NCBI GenBank assembly: GCA_963842215.1
Contig: CAWJFQ010000001.1
Span: 1,297,941 to 1,361,940 of the forward strand
Source of the DNA: an uncultured delta proteobacterium
Lineage (GTDB): Bacteria; Desulfobacterota; Binatia; Binatales; Binataceae
Length of the DNA stretch: 64,000 nucleotides
Direction of reading: 5' to 3'
The notes beneath the pieces are model-generated. The model made no database searches and had not been told where the DNA came from. It saw nothing but the letters and a program-made list of their open reading frames with translations. Below are positions 1 to 9,215 of the stretch, piece by piece. Both the position numbers and the translations under genes were made by a program. Every line of letters starts with the position of its first letter. Positions within the stretch are counted from its first letter, which is position 1.

Positions 1-243
1 CGCACTGACCGCTGCTGCCGGTGAAGCGAATACTTGCTGCGCGGCGGCCCCTTCGGCGGATGCGAGAGTTGGGACCAACAGGCACATCATCAGAAGCGCA
101 GCGAGAACCATCCTAAGACGATTGATCGCGGTCCTTGCTCTCGAACAGTTGAATACATAGGGCATAAGTCTGTCACCTGGCGCGCTCGCAGCGCGGCAAT
201 TCTCGATGTTGAGGCATTCCTTGGTCTTGTCATAGAGGTTCAT
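1..243 (-). CDS. DUF2950-like secreted protein, N-terminal part only (gene runs off the left edge of the window)
   Basis: Not in the ORF track because the window edge truncates it. The reverse strand is open from ATG 243 (GAGG 9 nt upstream, 13 nt after the DUF3300 stop) to base 1. It contains RLRMVLAALLMMCLLVPTLASA followed by EGAAAQQVFASPAAAVSA. That is a signal peptide plus the AQxxFxSPxAAV start I associate with DUF2950, the usual neighbour of DUF3300. Alternative start ATG 111. Confidence 0.4.
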   Translation of the reverse strand, partial: MNLYDKTKECLNIENCRAASAPGDRLMPYVFNCSRARTAINRLRMVLAALLMMCLLVPTLASAEGAAAQQVFASPAAAVSA

Positions 244-256
244 TGGAATACCTCAA

Positions 257-1762
257 CTACTTCTTTTTGTTGCCGCCACGATTCCCACCGCCACCGCCGC
301 GGTTTCCACCACCACCACGTTTGGCATTACCCCCGCCACCGCCATTTCCGCCGCCACCACGGTTCTTTTGATTCCCTCTCACGCTGGCTTGGCCGCGGTC
401 ACTGGCCGCCCGGGTATTTCCCCCAGGCTCGTATCCACCCAACGCGCTATTGCGACCGCCGGTGCTGCTCTTGTCTTTTGCGAAGCCCCGCGCAGGATCG
501 GCGGCACGATCGGCAGGCTTGATAGCAGCAGGCCGATTTGCAGCTACAGGATTGACCGGCTGACTGGGTCGATTCTTTGCTATTTCTTTCCTACCCGCAT
601 TCGACCCACCCGCATTGCCGGGAAGTGTAGCAGGCTTCGGAAAGTTGGGCTTTGTGAAATTGGGATTGGCCGGCCGCGCGGTTTCGGGATTGTATGGCCG
701 GGTGGCAGGAAGTGTGCTTGGACGATTGTAACCGCCACCACCATTATAGGGCGGCTTGTTTCCCTGATATGGCGGTCGCGCCGGATATCCTGGACGCGGA
801 TAATTTCCGTTAGGCGGTCGGTACGCAGGAGGTCGTCCCGGGTACACGTTGTTGTTAGTGACATAAACATTGTTGTTGTACTTGACCGAGCTGCTGTAGC
901 CGCCACCGCCATACCAACCACAGTTCCAATTGTTGTGGCCATTGTTGATCAGCGAACCAAGCAGAATTCCCGCGCCGAACGACAAGACTCCCGTAAGAAG
1001 TAAATCACTCCCGCTATATCCTGGCGGTGCCGCAACCGGCGCGCCGTAAGCACTGGTCGGATTATACTGTGGTACGTAAACCGTATTCGGCTGAGCTGGC
1101 TGGATGATAACCGTCTGCTGAACGGAAGGCTGCGTTCCACCTTGAGCCGCGGGCGGAGCCGGCTGGAGTTCAACATTTTGCTGAGGAGTGGATTTCAGCG
1201 TGCCCGCGTTCACCGCCATGTTGCGCAGCACCTGGATCGCATTCATCACGTCCGCCGGCTGATTGTAGTAAGCCTCGCCGAGCGACGAGGTCCACGCCAG
1301 GTTGTCGTTCATCGTTTGCAGCACAGTAGGGAACTGCGTCAGCGACTTGATACTGGGATCCCACGTTTGCTGATTTACCTGCGCGGCCAACTGATCGCCG
1401 CTCAAGTTAGGGTTCTGCTTAAGCCATCGATCTGCTTCCACCACTTGAGTCGGATAGGTCGATCCCGCCAGGATTTGCGCAACCAACACGTCAGGATAGA
1501 GCGCGATAGGCGAGACCAATTCCTGCAGATCCTGAGCAGTAGCAGCCCCCGGAGGCGGACCGGGTTCGACGTCAGCTGGTGGCGCAGGAGCGGCCGGCGC
1601 GGGATTCGCCGCGACACTCGGTTGCGCCGCCGTCGACGGTGCAGCGGCAGGTTGGTCATCGCCGCGCGAGCACCCGGTGACCATCGGCGAGGTGGACATC
1701 AGGACAGCCGCCACCAGTATCAGTGGAAACGATCGGCTCTTAGGCCTGGCTAATAACCTCAT
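257..1762 (-). CDS. DUF3300 domain lipoprotein with Gly/Arg/Asn-rich C-terminal tail
   Basis: 501-aa ORF with lipobox SPMVTGC. Conserved core LVSPIALYPDVLVAQILAGSTYPTQVVEADRWL. The C-terminus is low-complexity GGGGN/R repeats. Confidence 0.8.
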   Translation of the reverse strand: MRLLARPKSRSFPLILVAAVLMSTSPMVTGCSRGDDQPAAAPSTAAQPSVAANPAPAAPAPPADVEPGPPPGAATAQDLQELVSPIALYPDVLVAQILAGSTYPTQVVEADRWLKQNPNLSGDQLAAQVNQQTWDPSIKSLTQFPTVLQTMNDNLAWTSSLGEAYYNQPADVMNAIQVLRNMAVNAGTLKSTPQQNVELQPAPPAAQGGTQPSVQQTVIIQPAQPNTVYVPQYNPTSAYGAPVAAPPGYSGSDLLLTGVLSFGAGILLGSLINNGHNNWNCGWYGGGGYSSSVKYNNNVYVTNNNVYPGRPPAYRPPNGNYPRPGYPARPPYQGNKPPYNGGGGYNRPSTLPATRPYNPETARPANPNFTKPNFPKPATLPGNAGGSNAGRKEIAKNRPSQPVNPVAANRPAAIKPADRAADPARGFAKDKSSTGGRNSALGGYEPGGNTRAASDRGQASVRGNQKNRGGGGNGGGGGNAKRGGGGNRGGGGGNRGGNKKK

Positions 1763-1845
1763 CGTCGAAAAACCTCACCATCAGTTGTTGTCAGTTCGCT
1801 CATGAGTTTGCTCTCGGCCTCAATAGAACGGTTTCCAGAATCACG

Positions 1846-2439
1846 CTACGACTTCTGCTCCGCTTCCGCGCGGATCGCCGCGGCTATGTCACCGCTCATC
1901 TTCGCGACGGCGCGGCTATGCGCCGCAGCAAGCGCCTCGAAGCCTTGACCCTGCACGGGTTCGCGCACTACCGTGCGGCCCGAGCGTGTTTCGCCACCGG
2001 CGGCCTTGCGCACCGTCCACACTGCCTCGACCGTCGCTGCCTGACCTTGAACCGACTCGAAGCGCTGCACGTCGATTGTCACTCTGTAGTCGGGGACGAA
2101 GTTAGCAAGTTCTGCCGAAGCCACCTCCGGCGTGCCGAGCAGCACGACGAGGTCGCCCGCGACTGCGCGCGCGATACTGTCGTTGAGCGGCGAGACCCAT
2201 CGATTGAACTCGTCCACCTCGACCCGGTTCGGCGCGACTTGTACTACAAACTCAGGTTGATCTACCGAAGCTGGTATCGTGACCGGACCGACCATCACCG
2301 CTGCCGGGGTAGACGGCGTGCCATCTGCGGTCGCCGTCGAACCGAGGGAGTAAAAGCGCGCTGGCGCCGTGCTGCATCCCGCAGCCACCGTTGCCGCGAA
2401 CGCGATCGATATCAGTCGTTTTATATATGGTTTCATCAC
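1846..2439 (-). CDS. pqiC: PqiC/YmbA-type ABC-transport auxiliary lipoprotein (DUF330)
   Basis: 197 aa with lipobox ATVAAGC. ATGA overlap with the pqiB stop. Size and position match the third gene of a pqi operon. Confidence 0.75.
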   Translation of the reverse strand: MMKPYIKRLISIAFAATVAAGCSTAPARFYSLGSTATADGTPSTPAAVMVGPVTIPASVDQPEFVVQVAPNRVEVDEFNRWVSPLNDSIARAVAGDLVVLLGTPEVASAELANFVPDYRVTIDVQRFESVQGQAATVEAVWTVRKAAGGETRSGRTVVREPVQGQGFEALAAAHSRAVAKMSGDIAAAIRAEAEQKS

Positions 2440-4025
2440 TTCGCCTCCCCCTTCTTGCCACGAATAAGCGCCTCGGGATGGCGTTCGAGATAGTCTGCGA
2501 GTATCCGCAACGATCTCGCCGCACGGCTTACCTCCTGCAGTGTGCTGTTGAACTGCTGCACCTGCGCCGAATTCGGCTCGGTCAGACTACTGGTGTTATC
2601 AAGCGTGCCACGCGCGCTCACCATCATGCCTTGCGCACCCACCAGTGTCGCATCGAGCTGAGTGATCGCCTTCTGCAGGTTGACGCCAATTTCCTGGAAC
2701 GGTACCTTGTCGAGCTTCTTGACGATGTTCTCCACCGTCGCCTCGGTCGCCTCGAGCTGGCCCGCAGTTGTAGGAAGCTGTACCGGCCTCTGCGACCAGT
2801 CGACCCTCGCCGGCGGCGCGCCTGGGAAAAAGTCGAGCGACACGTACACTGATCCGGTCAACAGGTTGCCGGTTTTCAATTGCGCCCGCACTCCGTGGGC
2901 CACCAGTGCGTCAATCAACTTCCTGCGCATGCTCTCCAGGTCCACGCCAGCAGTAGTATCAACTATCCTGACTCCCAGTCGCGTCGGGTCCAGGTGGATA
3001 GTTACCGGTACCGAAAACTCGAACGTCTTCAAATCGATTTGCGCGCGAACGTCCGCAACCTCGCCGATAGGTATACCCCGAAACTCTACCGGTGCTCCCG
3101 CAGCCAGCCCGCGCACCGAGCCCTTGAATACGAGTTCATAAGTCTGCGGATTGCGAGGCGGAGGGTTAAAGGCCTGGGCTCGGTTTGCAAATAAAGTAAA
3201 TTCTGTGTTCGCGTCAGCCGCTGGTAAGATCGGATCGGTCGGGGCGGTCTCGAACGCGATACCACCTATAAGGATCGACAGCATCGACTGAGTCTGTACG
3301 TTGAGACCGGTCGCAGATAGCGACACGTCGATACCGCTCGCGTGCCAAAAGCGCGTGTTAGGGTTGACGTATTGATCGTAGGGCGCCTGCACGAACACCT
3401 TGACTGTCAGGTTCTTACCGTCAGGATCGAGCGCGTACGATGCTACCTGGCCGACTTGTAGCCGGCGGAAGTAGATAGGCGTTCCAGTGTCCAGTGATCC
3501 CAGGTCTGGCGTCTTTAGGACGAAAAAGCGGCCGGGGATATCTCCGGTTATCACGGGTGGTATTTCGAGCGCGACAAAATCGCGCCTGTCTTCCTTTGAA
3601 GAGCCTATTTCGACGCCGATGTATGCTCCTGAGATGAGCGTGCCCAGCCCCGTAACATTGGCGCCGGAGATCCGCGGCCTTACTACCCAGAATTTCGTGT
3701 CTTCAACCAGGAATGCTTCCGTCTTCGGCGCCATCTGTGTGGTCAGGATCACGTGCTGATGATCTTTCGAGAGTTCTATGGTTGTCACCGTGCCGATATC
3801 GACGCCGTTATAGTGAATCTTGGTCTTTCCCGCCTCGAGTCCTTCCGCCGACTTCATGACGATCGTTATCTTCGGACCCTCACTCAGGACTCTCGTGACT
3901 GCCACCCACGCGCCGACAACCGCTGCCAGGATCGGAATAAACCATACGAGCGATAGTCGCGTGCGCTTCTTCGGTACAGCCCTCGACTCCTGGACTGCTG
4001 AACGTGGTGGATCGCGATCAGGCAT
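2436..4025 (-). CDS. pqiB: PqiB-like MCE-domain protein (three MlaD/MCE repeats)
   Basis: 529 aa with an N-terminal TM helix LVWFIPILAAVVGAWVAV. Three MCE-type cores: YNGVDIGTVT, FRRLQVGQVA, FRGIPIGEVA. Sits between pqiA and pqiC. Confidence 0.85.
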   Translation of the reverse strand: MPDRDPPRSAVQESRAVPKKRTRLSLVWFIPILAAVVGAWVAVTRVLSEGPKITIVMKSAEGLEAGKTKIHYNGVDIGTVTTIELSKDHQHVILTTQMAPKTEAFLVEDTKFWVVRPRISGANVTGLGTLISGAYIGVEIGSSKEDRRDFVALEIPPVITGDIPGRFFVLKTPDLGSLDTGTPIYFRRLQVGQVASYALDPDGKNLTVKVFVQAPYDQYVNPNTRFWHASGIDVSLSATGLNVQTQSMLSILIGGIAFETAPTDPILPAADANTEFTLFANRAQAFNPPPRNPQTYELVFKGSVRGLAAGAPVEFRGIPIGEVADVRAQIDLKTFEFSVPVTIHLDPTRLGVRIVDTTAGVDLESMRRKLIDALVAHGVRAQLKTGNLLTGSVYVSLDFFPGAPPARVDWSQRPVQLPTTAGQLEATEATVENIVKKLDKVPFQEIGVNLQKAITQLDATLVGAQGMMVSARGTLDNTSSLTEPNSAQVQQFNSTLQEVSRAARSLRILADYLERHPEALIRGKKGEAK

Positions 4026-4674
4026 ATGTAACCTCTCTCGAACCTGTCTCGTTGAGACTTACGGCGTCCCAGATCAAACGCGGATCGAAGGCCTCGACCG
4101 CGAGCATCGTGAACACCACCACCGCCGCGAAGAAGATCAACCCGGGCCCCGGCTCGACCGACATCAACGGCTGTAGCTGGATCAGCGCCGCGGTGAATGT
4201 ATCCACGAAAACGTCGACCATTGACCAGCGCCCGATGAACTCGACCATCCTGTACATCCGAATCCGTTGCTCATTGTTGGCCGACGAGCCGCGCTGCGCG
4301 CTGATGAGCAGGTAGCCGAGCGCCAGGATTTTCGCGCTCGGGATCATGATGCTTGCGACCAGCACGATGATCGACAGCGGCCATCCCGTCGGCGACCACA
4401 GCAGCACTACCCCTTGCAGTATCGTGTCGGACTCTGCACCCGCCGCCGTGGTCGTCGTCAACACCGGCAACACGTTCGCCGGGATGTAACAGATTGCCGC
4501 CGCTATCAGGTATGCCCAGGTACGCTGGAAGCTTGCCCGCTTGCGAAACTCGAGTTCCTCGTCGCAGCGCGGACAGCGCCCCTCTTCGTGGCCCGGTGCC
4601 GGACGCGAGAGCAGCCCGCAGGCCTCGCAGCTTTGCAAGCCTCGTTGCATCGCGGTCATCGCCGGCGGACTCAC
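4018..4674 (-). CDS. pqiA: PqiA family integral membrane protein (second of two)
   Basis: 218 aa. CEACG...CPRCD zinc-ribbon-like N-terminus followed by TM helices. The GTG start overlaps the upstream stop (GTGA). Confidence 0.8.
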   Translation of the reverse strand: MSPPAMTAMQRGLQSCEACGLLSRPAPGHEEGRCPRCDEELEFRKRASFQRTWAYLIAAAICYIPANVLPVLTTTTAAGAESDTILQGVVLLWSPTGWPLSIIVLVASIMIPSAKILALGYLLISAQRGSSANNEQRIRMYRMVEFIGRWSMVDVFVDTFTAALIQLQPLMSVEPGPGLIFFAAVVVFTMLAVEAFDPRLIWDAVSLNETGSREVTYA

Positions 4675-5375
4675 GATGTGCCCTCCGCCAGACTATCGCC
4701 GACCGCGTCGCGCTGCACTTCGTCCGCCCATAGAATTCTCTCCCAAACCTCTCGCGGGTCGAAGCTCGCCTGCATCCCCGCCAGGATGAAAACCAGTACC
4801 CACAGTACGAACAGCGCCATTCCCGGGATCACCGTCGCGTAGTCCGCAATCTTGACCAGCGCGACCAGCACGCCGACCATCATGACTTCGATCATGCTCC
4901 AGATGCGGGTGGTCGGGTGATGCCGCAGCAGCGCACCCACCCATCGCGGCGGGCGTTCGCGCATCGCTCCGAGCACGATCGCCAGCATCAATCCAATCTG
5001 CAGCGCCGGCGCGATTACGGCGGTGAACAACACCAGCACGCCGACGATTTTTTGATCGTTGTTCCATAGATGCATGGCGCCTCCGACGACCGTGGTCGAG
5101 GCGTCGCGCCCGACGATCGTCAAGCCAAGCATCGGAACCGAGTTCGCGACCACGTAGAGCACCGCCGCCGCGAGCGTCAATGCCAGCGTTCGATTAAGCG
5201 AGTCCTCACGACGGCGCCACAGCTCCTTGTTACATCGCGGGCATCGCGCCGACGCACCGAACGAAAGCTCCGGCAGGCGCTGCAACAGATCGCAATGCAG
5301 GCACGCGATGAGCGAGCTGTCTCCGACCGGCGAATTATATTGCTGACTATCCACCCGACCTGACTGACAGCACAT
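4671..5375 (-). CDS. pqiA: PqiA family integral membrane protein (first of two)
   Basis: 234 aa. CLHCD...CPRCN followed by TM helices. First gene of the minus-strand pqi operon. Confidence 0.8.
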   Translation of the reverse strand: MCCQSGRVDSQQYNSPVGDSSLIACLHCDLLQRLPELSFGASARCPRCNKELWRRREDSLNRTLALTLAAAVLYVVANSVPMLGLTIVGRDASTTVVGGAMHLWNNDQKIVGVLVLFTAVIAPALQIGLMLAIVLGAMRERPPRWVGALLRHHPTTRIWSMIEVMMVGVLVALVKIADYATVIPGMALFVLWVLVFILAGMQASFDPREVWERILWADEVQRDAVGDSLAEGTS

Positions 5376-5400
5376 TCTGCGCCCGCAACCGGGGCGCGAC

Positions 5401-5445
5401 TATTGTACCAAGGTACAATATCCCTCCCTGCGAAAATCGGCGAAT
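5401..5445. promoter_or_regulatory. Candidate operator/promoter module, copy 1: palindrome TATTGTACC-AA-GGTACAATA plus conserved downstream block
   Basis: 9-bp perfect inverted arms at 5401-5409 and 5412-5420. 36/44 ungapped identity with 14556-14599. Lies between pqiA (ATG 5375, minus strand) and the DUF3313 gene (ATG 5541, plus strand). Confidence 0.5.
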
Positions 5446-5540
5446 GTACCAGCGAACCGCGTTCGATCGCACTTCATGCTTCGAAGCTAGTGATCGACGT
5501 GATAATTCACCTGGCATCAGCCCGGATTGCGGAGGAGAAA

Positions 5541-6284
5541 ATGATGACCAACAAACTACGAATGAAAATTGCCAGCGGTATAGCGGCTGCGGGATTGGCG
5601 GCGGTTCTTATCGCTTCGGGATGCTCGACCACGGTTGAGAGCAAGCCCGAGGCGGCGAAAGCGCTCGAATCGGGTGGACCGTTGCCGTCTTCCGTCACCG
5701 AATTCCTCGGGCCTGATGCATCGAAGCTGGCGCCCGGGCCCGAGGGTGGTGCCGCTCTGGCCTGGATCAATCCTGACGCCCAGTGGGCCAGTTATACCAA
5801 GATACAACTGATGCCGGTTGAATTCTGGGCCGCTGCCGATTCGAAGGTTCCGCAGTCGGATCAGCAAACGCTGACCGAGTACTTCTACAATGCTCTCAAG
5901 ACTGACCTGGCAAAGAGTTTCACCCTGGTTGATCAGCCAGGACCGGGCGTGATGACTTTGCGCGTAGCGCTGATGGACGCGACAACTGCCGTCCCGGGCC
6001 TTCGCACGATCTCGGTAGTTGTCCCGCAAGCTCGGGTGCTCAACCTGGCTCAGTCGATGGCGACTGACAGTTATGCATTCGTGGGATCAGCCGAAGCCGA
6101 AATGAAGCTGACGGATTCGGTGACCGGCGCATTGCTTGCCGAAGCAGTCGACCAGCGTGCCGGCGGCATGGGCCTCAAGAGTGCGGCTTCATTCCAATGG
6201 GGCGACGCGCAAAACGCGATGGACTACTGGGCTCAGAGGATACCTAATCGCATTCTGCAGCTGCAGGGAAAATCTCCCGCGTAG
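5541..6284 (+). CDS. DUF3313-type lipoprotein (paralogue of 16658..17425)
   Basis: ORF 5403..6284 trimmed to ATG 5541, which has GGAGGAGAAA directly upstream. Lipobox LIASGC. Blocks shared with the paralogue: RxISVVVPQAR, YAFVGSA, KLxDSVTGxLLAxAVDxR, WGDAxxAMDYW. Confidence 0.7.
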   Translation: MMTNKLRMKIASGIAAAGLAAVLIASGCSTTVESKPEAAKALESGGPLPSSVTEFLGPDASKLAPGPEGGAALAWINPDAQWASYTKIQLMPVEFWAAADSKVPQSDQQTLTEYFYNALKTDLAKSFTLVDQPGPGVMTLRVALMDATTAVPGLRTISVVVPQARVLNLAQSMATDSYAFVGSAEAEMKLTDSVTGALLAEAVDQRAGGMGLKSAASFQWGDAQNAMDYWAQRIPNRILQLQGKSPA

Positions 6285-6346
6285 AGTGTAGGACTGCTTG
6301 CGATGCTTAGCTCGAACGGGACGCCACGGCAGCCTTAGACAGACCA

Positions 6347-7099
6347 TTGGAGAAATTGCTCACAGCTATCCACCAATATTTCGCGCCGCATCGGCATAGC
6401 GCGCTGCTGGTCGCGATAATAGCCGCGTTCGCCGTGCGTCCGTTGGTCGGCGATACCGGCGCTGGCTCCGGCCTCTTCGGCCTGGTCCTGGTGATTCTGC
6501 TGCTGGTGGCTCTTTACAACATCAACGTCGACGAATTGGTGGGTGAACGCGGGCGCCTGATCGCCCAAGGCCGAAGGCGTCGAATCCTGGGCTGGACGCT
6601 CGCCATAGCGGCCACACTTGAGCGAATAGCTATCGTCTTCTATCCGCATAATCCGACGCTCAACCTTGCAGGTGCGATTTGTTGGCTGCTGTTCGGCGCG
6701 TTTGTCACTGCGAGCGAGCTACGCAGCGTGCTGAAGCAGCGAGAGGTCACCGGCGAGACCGTCTGCATGGCGGTCTCGGTCTACCTCTTTATGGGATTTA
6801 CCTGGGGATTTCTCTACGCTGTCATGTATCAGCGCCATCCGGAGTCCTTCGGCGGCCTCACATCCGGAACACTCGCCCACCCTTCCGTAATTCAGTCCGT
6901 CTTCCCGGTCCTCGGCTACTTCAGCCTGACCACTCTTTCCACCATCGGATTTGGCGACATCACTCCGCTGACTCTCCAGGCTCGCTACGCGGCCGTCGCC
7001 GAAGGCATCAGCGGCCAGTTCTATATGGCGATCCTGGTAGCTCGCCTGGTAGGAATGCAGATGAGTCGATCCGCGACTCAACCACCCGCAAATCCATGA
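6347..7099 (+). CDS. Two-TM potassium channel family protein
   Basis: 250 aa. Pore loop TLSTIGFGDITP (a selectivity-filter variant of TxGYGD) flanked by hydrophobic helices. TTG start as in the ORF track. Confidence 0.75.
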   Translation: MEKLLTAIHQYFAPHRHSALLVAIIAAFAVRPLVGDTGAGSGLFGLVLVILLLVALYNINVDELVGERGRLIAQGRRRRILGWTLAIAATLERIAIVFYPHNPTLNLAGAICWLLFGAFVTASELRSVLKQREVTGETVCMAVSVYLFMGFTWGFLYAVMYQRHPESFGGLTSGTLAHPSVIQSVFPVLGYFSLTTLSTIGFGDITPLTLQARYAAVAEGISGQFYMAILVARLVGMQMSRSATQPPANP

Positions 7100-7230
7100 T
7101 GCTTTAGCGAGAGCATCGACTAACTACGATCAGTTTGCGAACGCGCGCTCACCGCTCAGCCTGACTGCATCCGTTGCTGCTTGCCTTCCAGTGTCTCCGC
7201 GCCTATGAACCTTCGAGAGGAATCACTCCT

Positions 7231-7941
7231 ATGCAGCAGCCTGAGACACAGACAATCCCAGGCGAAGGGGAGCGCGCGGAACCACGCGCGCTGCTCGCAG
7301 CCGCCTCTGCCGTGTTCGTCCTTTATGCGATTGCTCTACTGGCTCTGGGGACACCGCCGGCCGCCTCCGAAACAGCCGCACAGGTAGTTACCTGGTTTCG
7401 CGAGCGCGGCGACAGCGCGCGATTGTTCGTGTGGGCGATAACAGTCGCCACACTGCCGCTCGCGATCATGTTTGCGCTGATGCGCCGTCTGCTCCCCGCG
7501 CCGCATCGCGACGTGTTCCTTATCGGCGTGGTCACCTACATGGCGGCGAGCGCGCTAGTTACCTGGACGTGGGCCGGGCTCGCCTTGCACGCCGACCGGC
7601 TCGAGCCGCCAACCGCCCGCGCGATTCTCGATGTGGCGGTGTTCTTCGGCCCGGTTCTGACTGGCGCGACGACAACCATGATGGCGCCCGTCACTTTGCT
7701 GGCGCTGCGCGGGCGCGCCGGTCTGCCGTTGTGGCTCGGCGCCTTGGGCGCGGTCGCTTTCGTCGAACAAGCTGTGGAGTCGGTAACGATCTTTGGCTCG
7801 AGCGGTTTTATCCAGCCGGGCGGCGCGATGAACATGCAGCTCGGCGCAGGACTAACCTTGGCTTGGATGCTGTCCTTTGCGCTATGGGGAGGCCTTCGGA
7901 ACCGCGCGCACAATCCAGCCACAAAGCCATTGCCGATTTAG
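7231..7941 (+). CDS. Hypothetical polytopic membrane protein
   Basis: ORF 7174..7941 trimmed to ATG 7231 (GAGAGGAA upstream). Several hydrophobic segments. No motif recognised. Confidence 0.4.
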   Translation: MQQPETQTIPGEGERAEPRALLAAASAVFVLYAIALLALGTPPAASETAAQVVTWFRERGDSARLFVWAITVATLPLAIMFALMRRLLPAPHRDVFLIGVVTYMAASALVTWTWAGLALHADRLEPPTARAILDVAVFFGPVLTGATTTMMAPVTLLALRGRAGLPLWLGALGAVAFVEQAVESVTIFGSSGFIQPGGAMNMQLGAGLTLAWMLSFALWGGLRNRAHNPATKPLPI

Positions 7942-8135
7942 GACCATCGAATAGCGTGCAGGAAGTCGAAACAGATCGCGTCAGCTCAAACGGAAAGAAG
8001 GTGAGAGTGAAAAAGTCCTGTTACAGCTCCCTGCGCGACTCAGGATTCTGCTCTTGTCCTTTTCTGCCAGATAGCTCGCATCATGTTTCTTGCTCTACCT
8101 GAATCAGCTCAGACGCGATGGTACTAGCTACACAC

Positions 8136-9215
8136 CTACACCGCCGTGCCGCTCCCACTCGCCGACACTGACCATTGCTCGAGCAGGCTGTACCCCAATG
8201 CCACCAGCGTCGGCCCGAGGAATATCCCGATAAAACCGAAGGCCAACGCTCCTCCTAAAACCCCCAGCATCACAAGGATCATCGGCGTCGAGCCGCCGCG
8301 GCTGATAAGCACCGGCTTCACGACATTATCCAGCATCCCAACCATCAGTCCCCACACCAGCATGAAAATCGCCCACGCCATCGAACCTTGTCGATACAGC
8401 CAGAACGCGCCCGGCGCCGCCACGATCAGTGGTCCGCCCGGTATGAAGGACATCACGAATGTCACGAATCCCAGCGATACTGCGCCCGGCACCCCTGCTA
8501 TCGCGAAGCCGATCGCTCCGATTACGCCCTGCAGCAGCGCGGTCCCTAGCACGCCGTAAACCACCGCCCGAATCGTTGCGCCTGCCAGATCTAGAAGCCG
8601 GTCGCTTCTCTCTCCCGCAATCCGGTGCAGCGCGCCATGGAGTTGCGCGGCCGCCGCATGTCCATCGCGATAGAAGAAGAACGCAATCAGGATGCTCACG
8701 ACGATCTTGAAGATGCCGTCAGCAACCGCCGCGCCGCCCAACACGACTATTGTCTTCGCCGCCGGTAACAGCCTTGCCAGTTCATGCAGCCGCACCGAGC
8801 TGCTCTGGTCCAGGTATTTCCAGTAGTCGGTGATATGACCGCCAATCAGCGGGATGCTTGCGACCCAGTCCGGCGGACTCGGCGGACCATCGCGCATGAG
8901 TTTCTGACTTGCCGAGACCAAACTCGATACATTGTCGGCCAGCGTCGCTCCCAGGATGACTACCGGCACGACGACGATAGCCGCCAGCAACAATGTAGCG
9001 ATCAACGCCGCCAGCGTCCGTCGTCCGCCGAGCAACTCTTCCAGCCTCAGGAACAGGGGCCAGGTAGTGAAACACAGAATCACTGCCGATAGCGCCGCGG
9101 ATATAAATGGACGCAGTACCAGCAGGCACAAAAGTGCGAGCACCACCACGGCCGTCCCGCCGACCCACCATTCGACCTGGCTCCGTTTTTCCGGACCGAT
9201 CGCTGGATCAGCCAT
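8136..9215 (-). CDS. AI-2E family transporter (PerM/UPF0118)
   Basis: 359-aa polytopic protein with the layout typical of this family, including the C-terminal PMILVMLGVLGGALAFGFIGIFLGP. 8-nt overlap with the upstream cytochrome gene. Confidence 0.75.
   Translation of the reverse strand: MADPAIGPEKRSQVEWWVGGTAVVVLALLCLLVLRPFISAALSAVILCFTTWPLFLRLEELLGGRRTLAALIATLLLAAIVVVPVVILGATLADNVSSLVSASQKLMRDGPPSPPDWVASIPLIGGHITDYWKYLDQSSSVRLHELARLLPAAKTIVVLGGAAVADGIFKIVVSILIAFFFYRDGHAAAAQLHGALHRIAGERSDRLLDLAGATIRAVVYGVLGTALLQGVIGAIGFAIAGVPGAVSLGFVTFVMSFIPGGPLIVAAPGAFWLYRQGSMAWAIFMLVWGLMVGMLDNVVKPVLISRGGSTPMILVMLGVLGGALAFGFIGIFLGPTLVALGYSLLEQWSVSASGSGTAV

Noticed and set aside
4671-4674. The split pqiA (two ORFs joined by GTGA) as an eighth frameshift.
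   Set aside because: Each ORF begins with its own CxxC...CxxC module and has a complete set of TM helices. From memory, the two-gene arrangement is common in annotated genomes. The frame relation is also of the opposite sign to the other events.
5512-5530. TGGCATCAGCCCGGATTGC upstream of the DUF3313 gene as a sigma-54 promoter matching the candidate at 14625.
   Set aside because: The GG-to-GC offset is 16 nt instead of 12, and sigma-54 tolerates essentially no spacing change.
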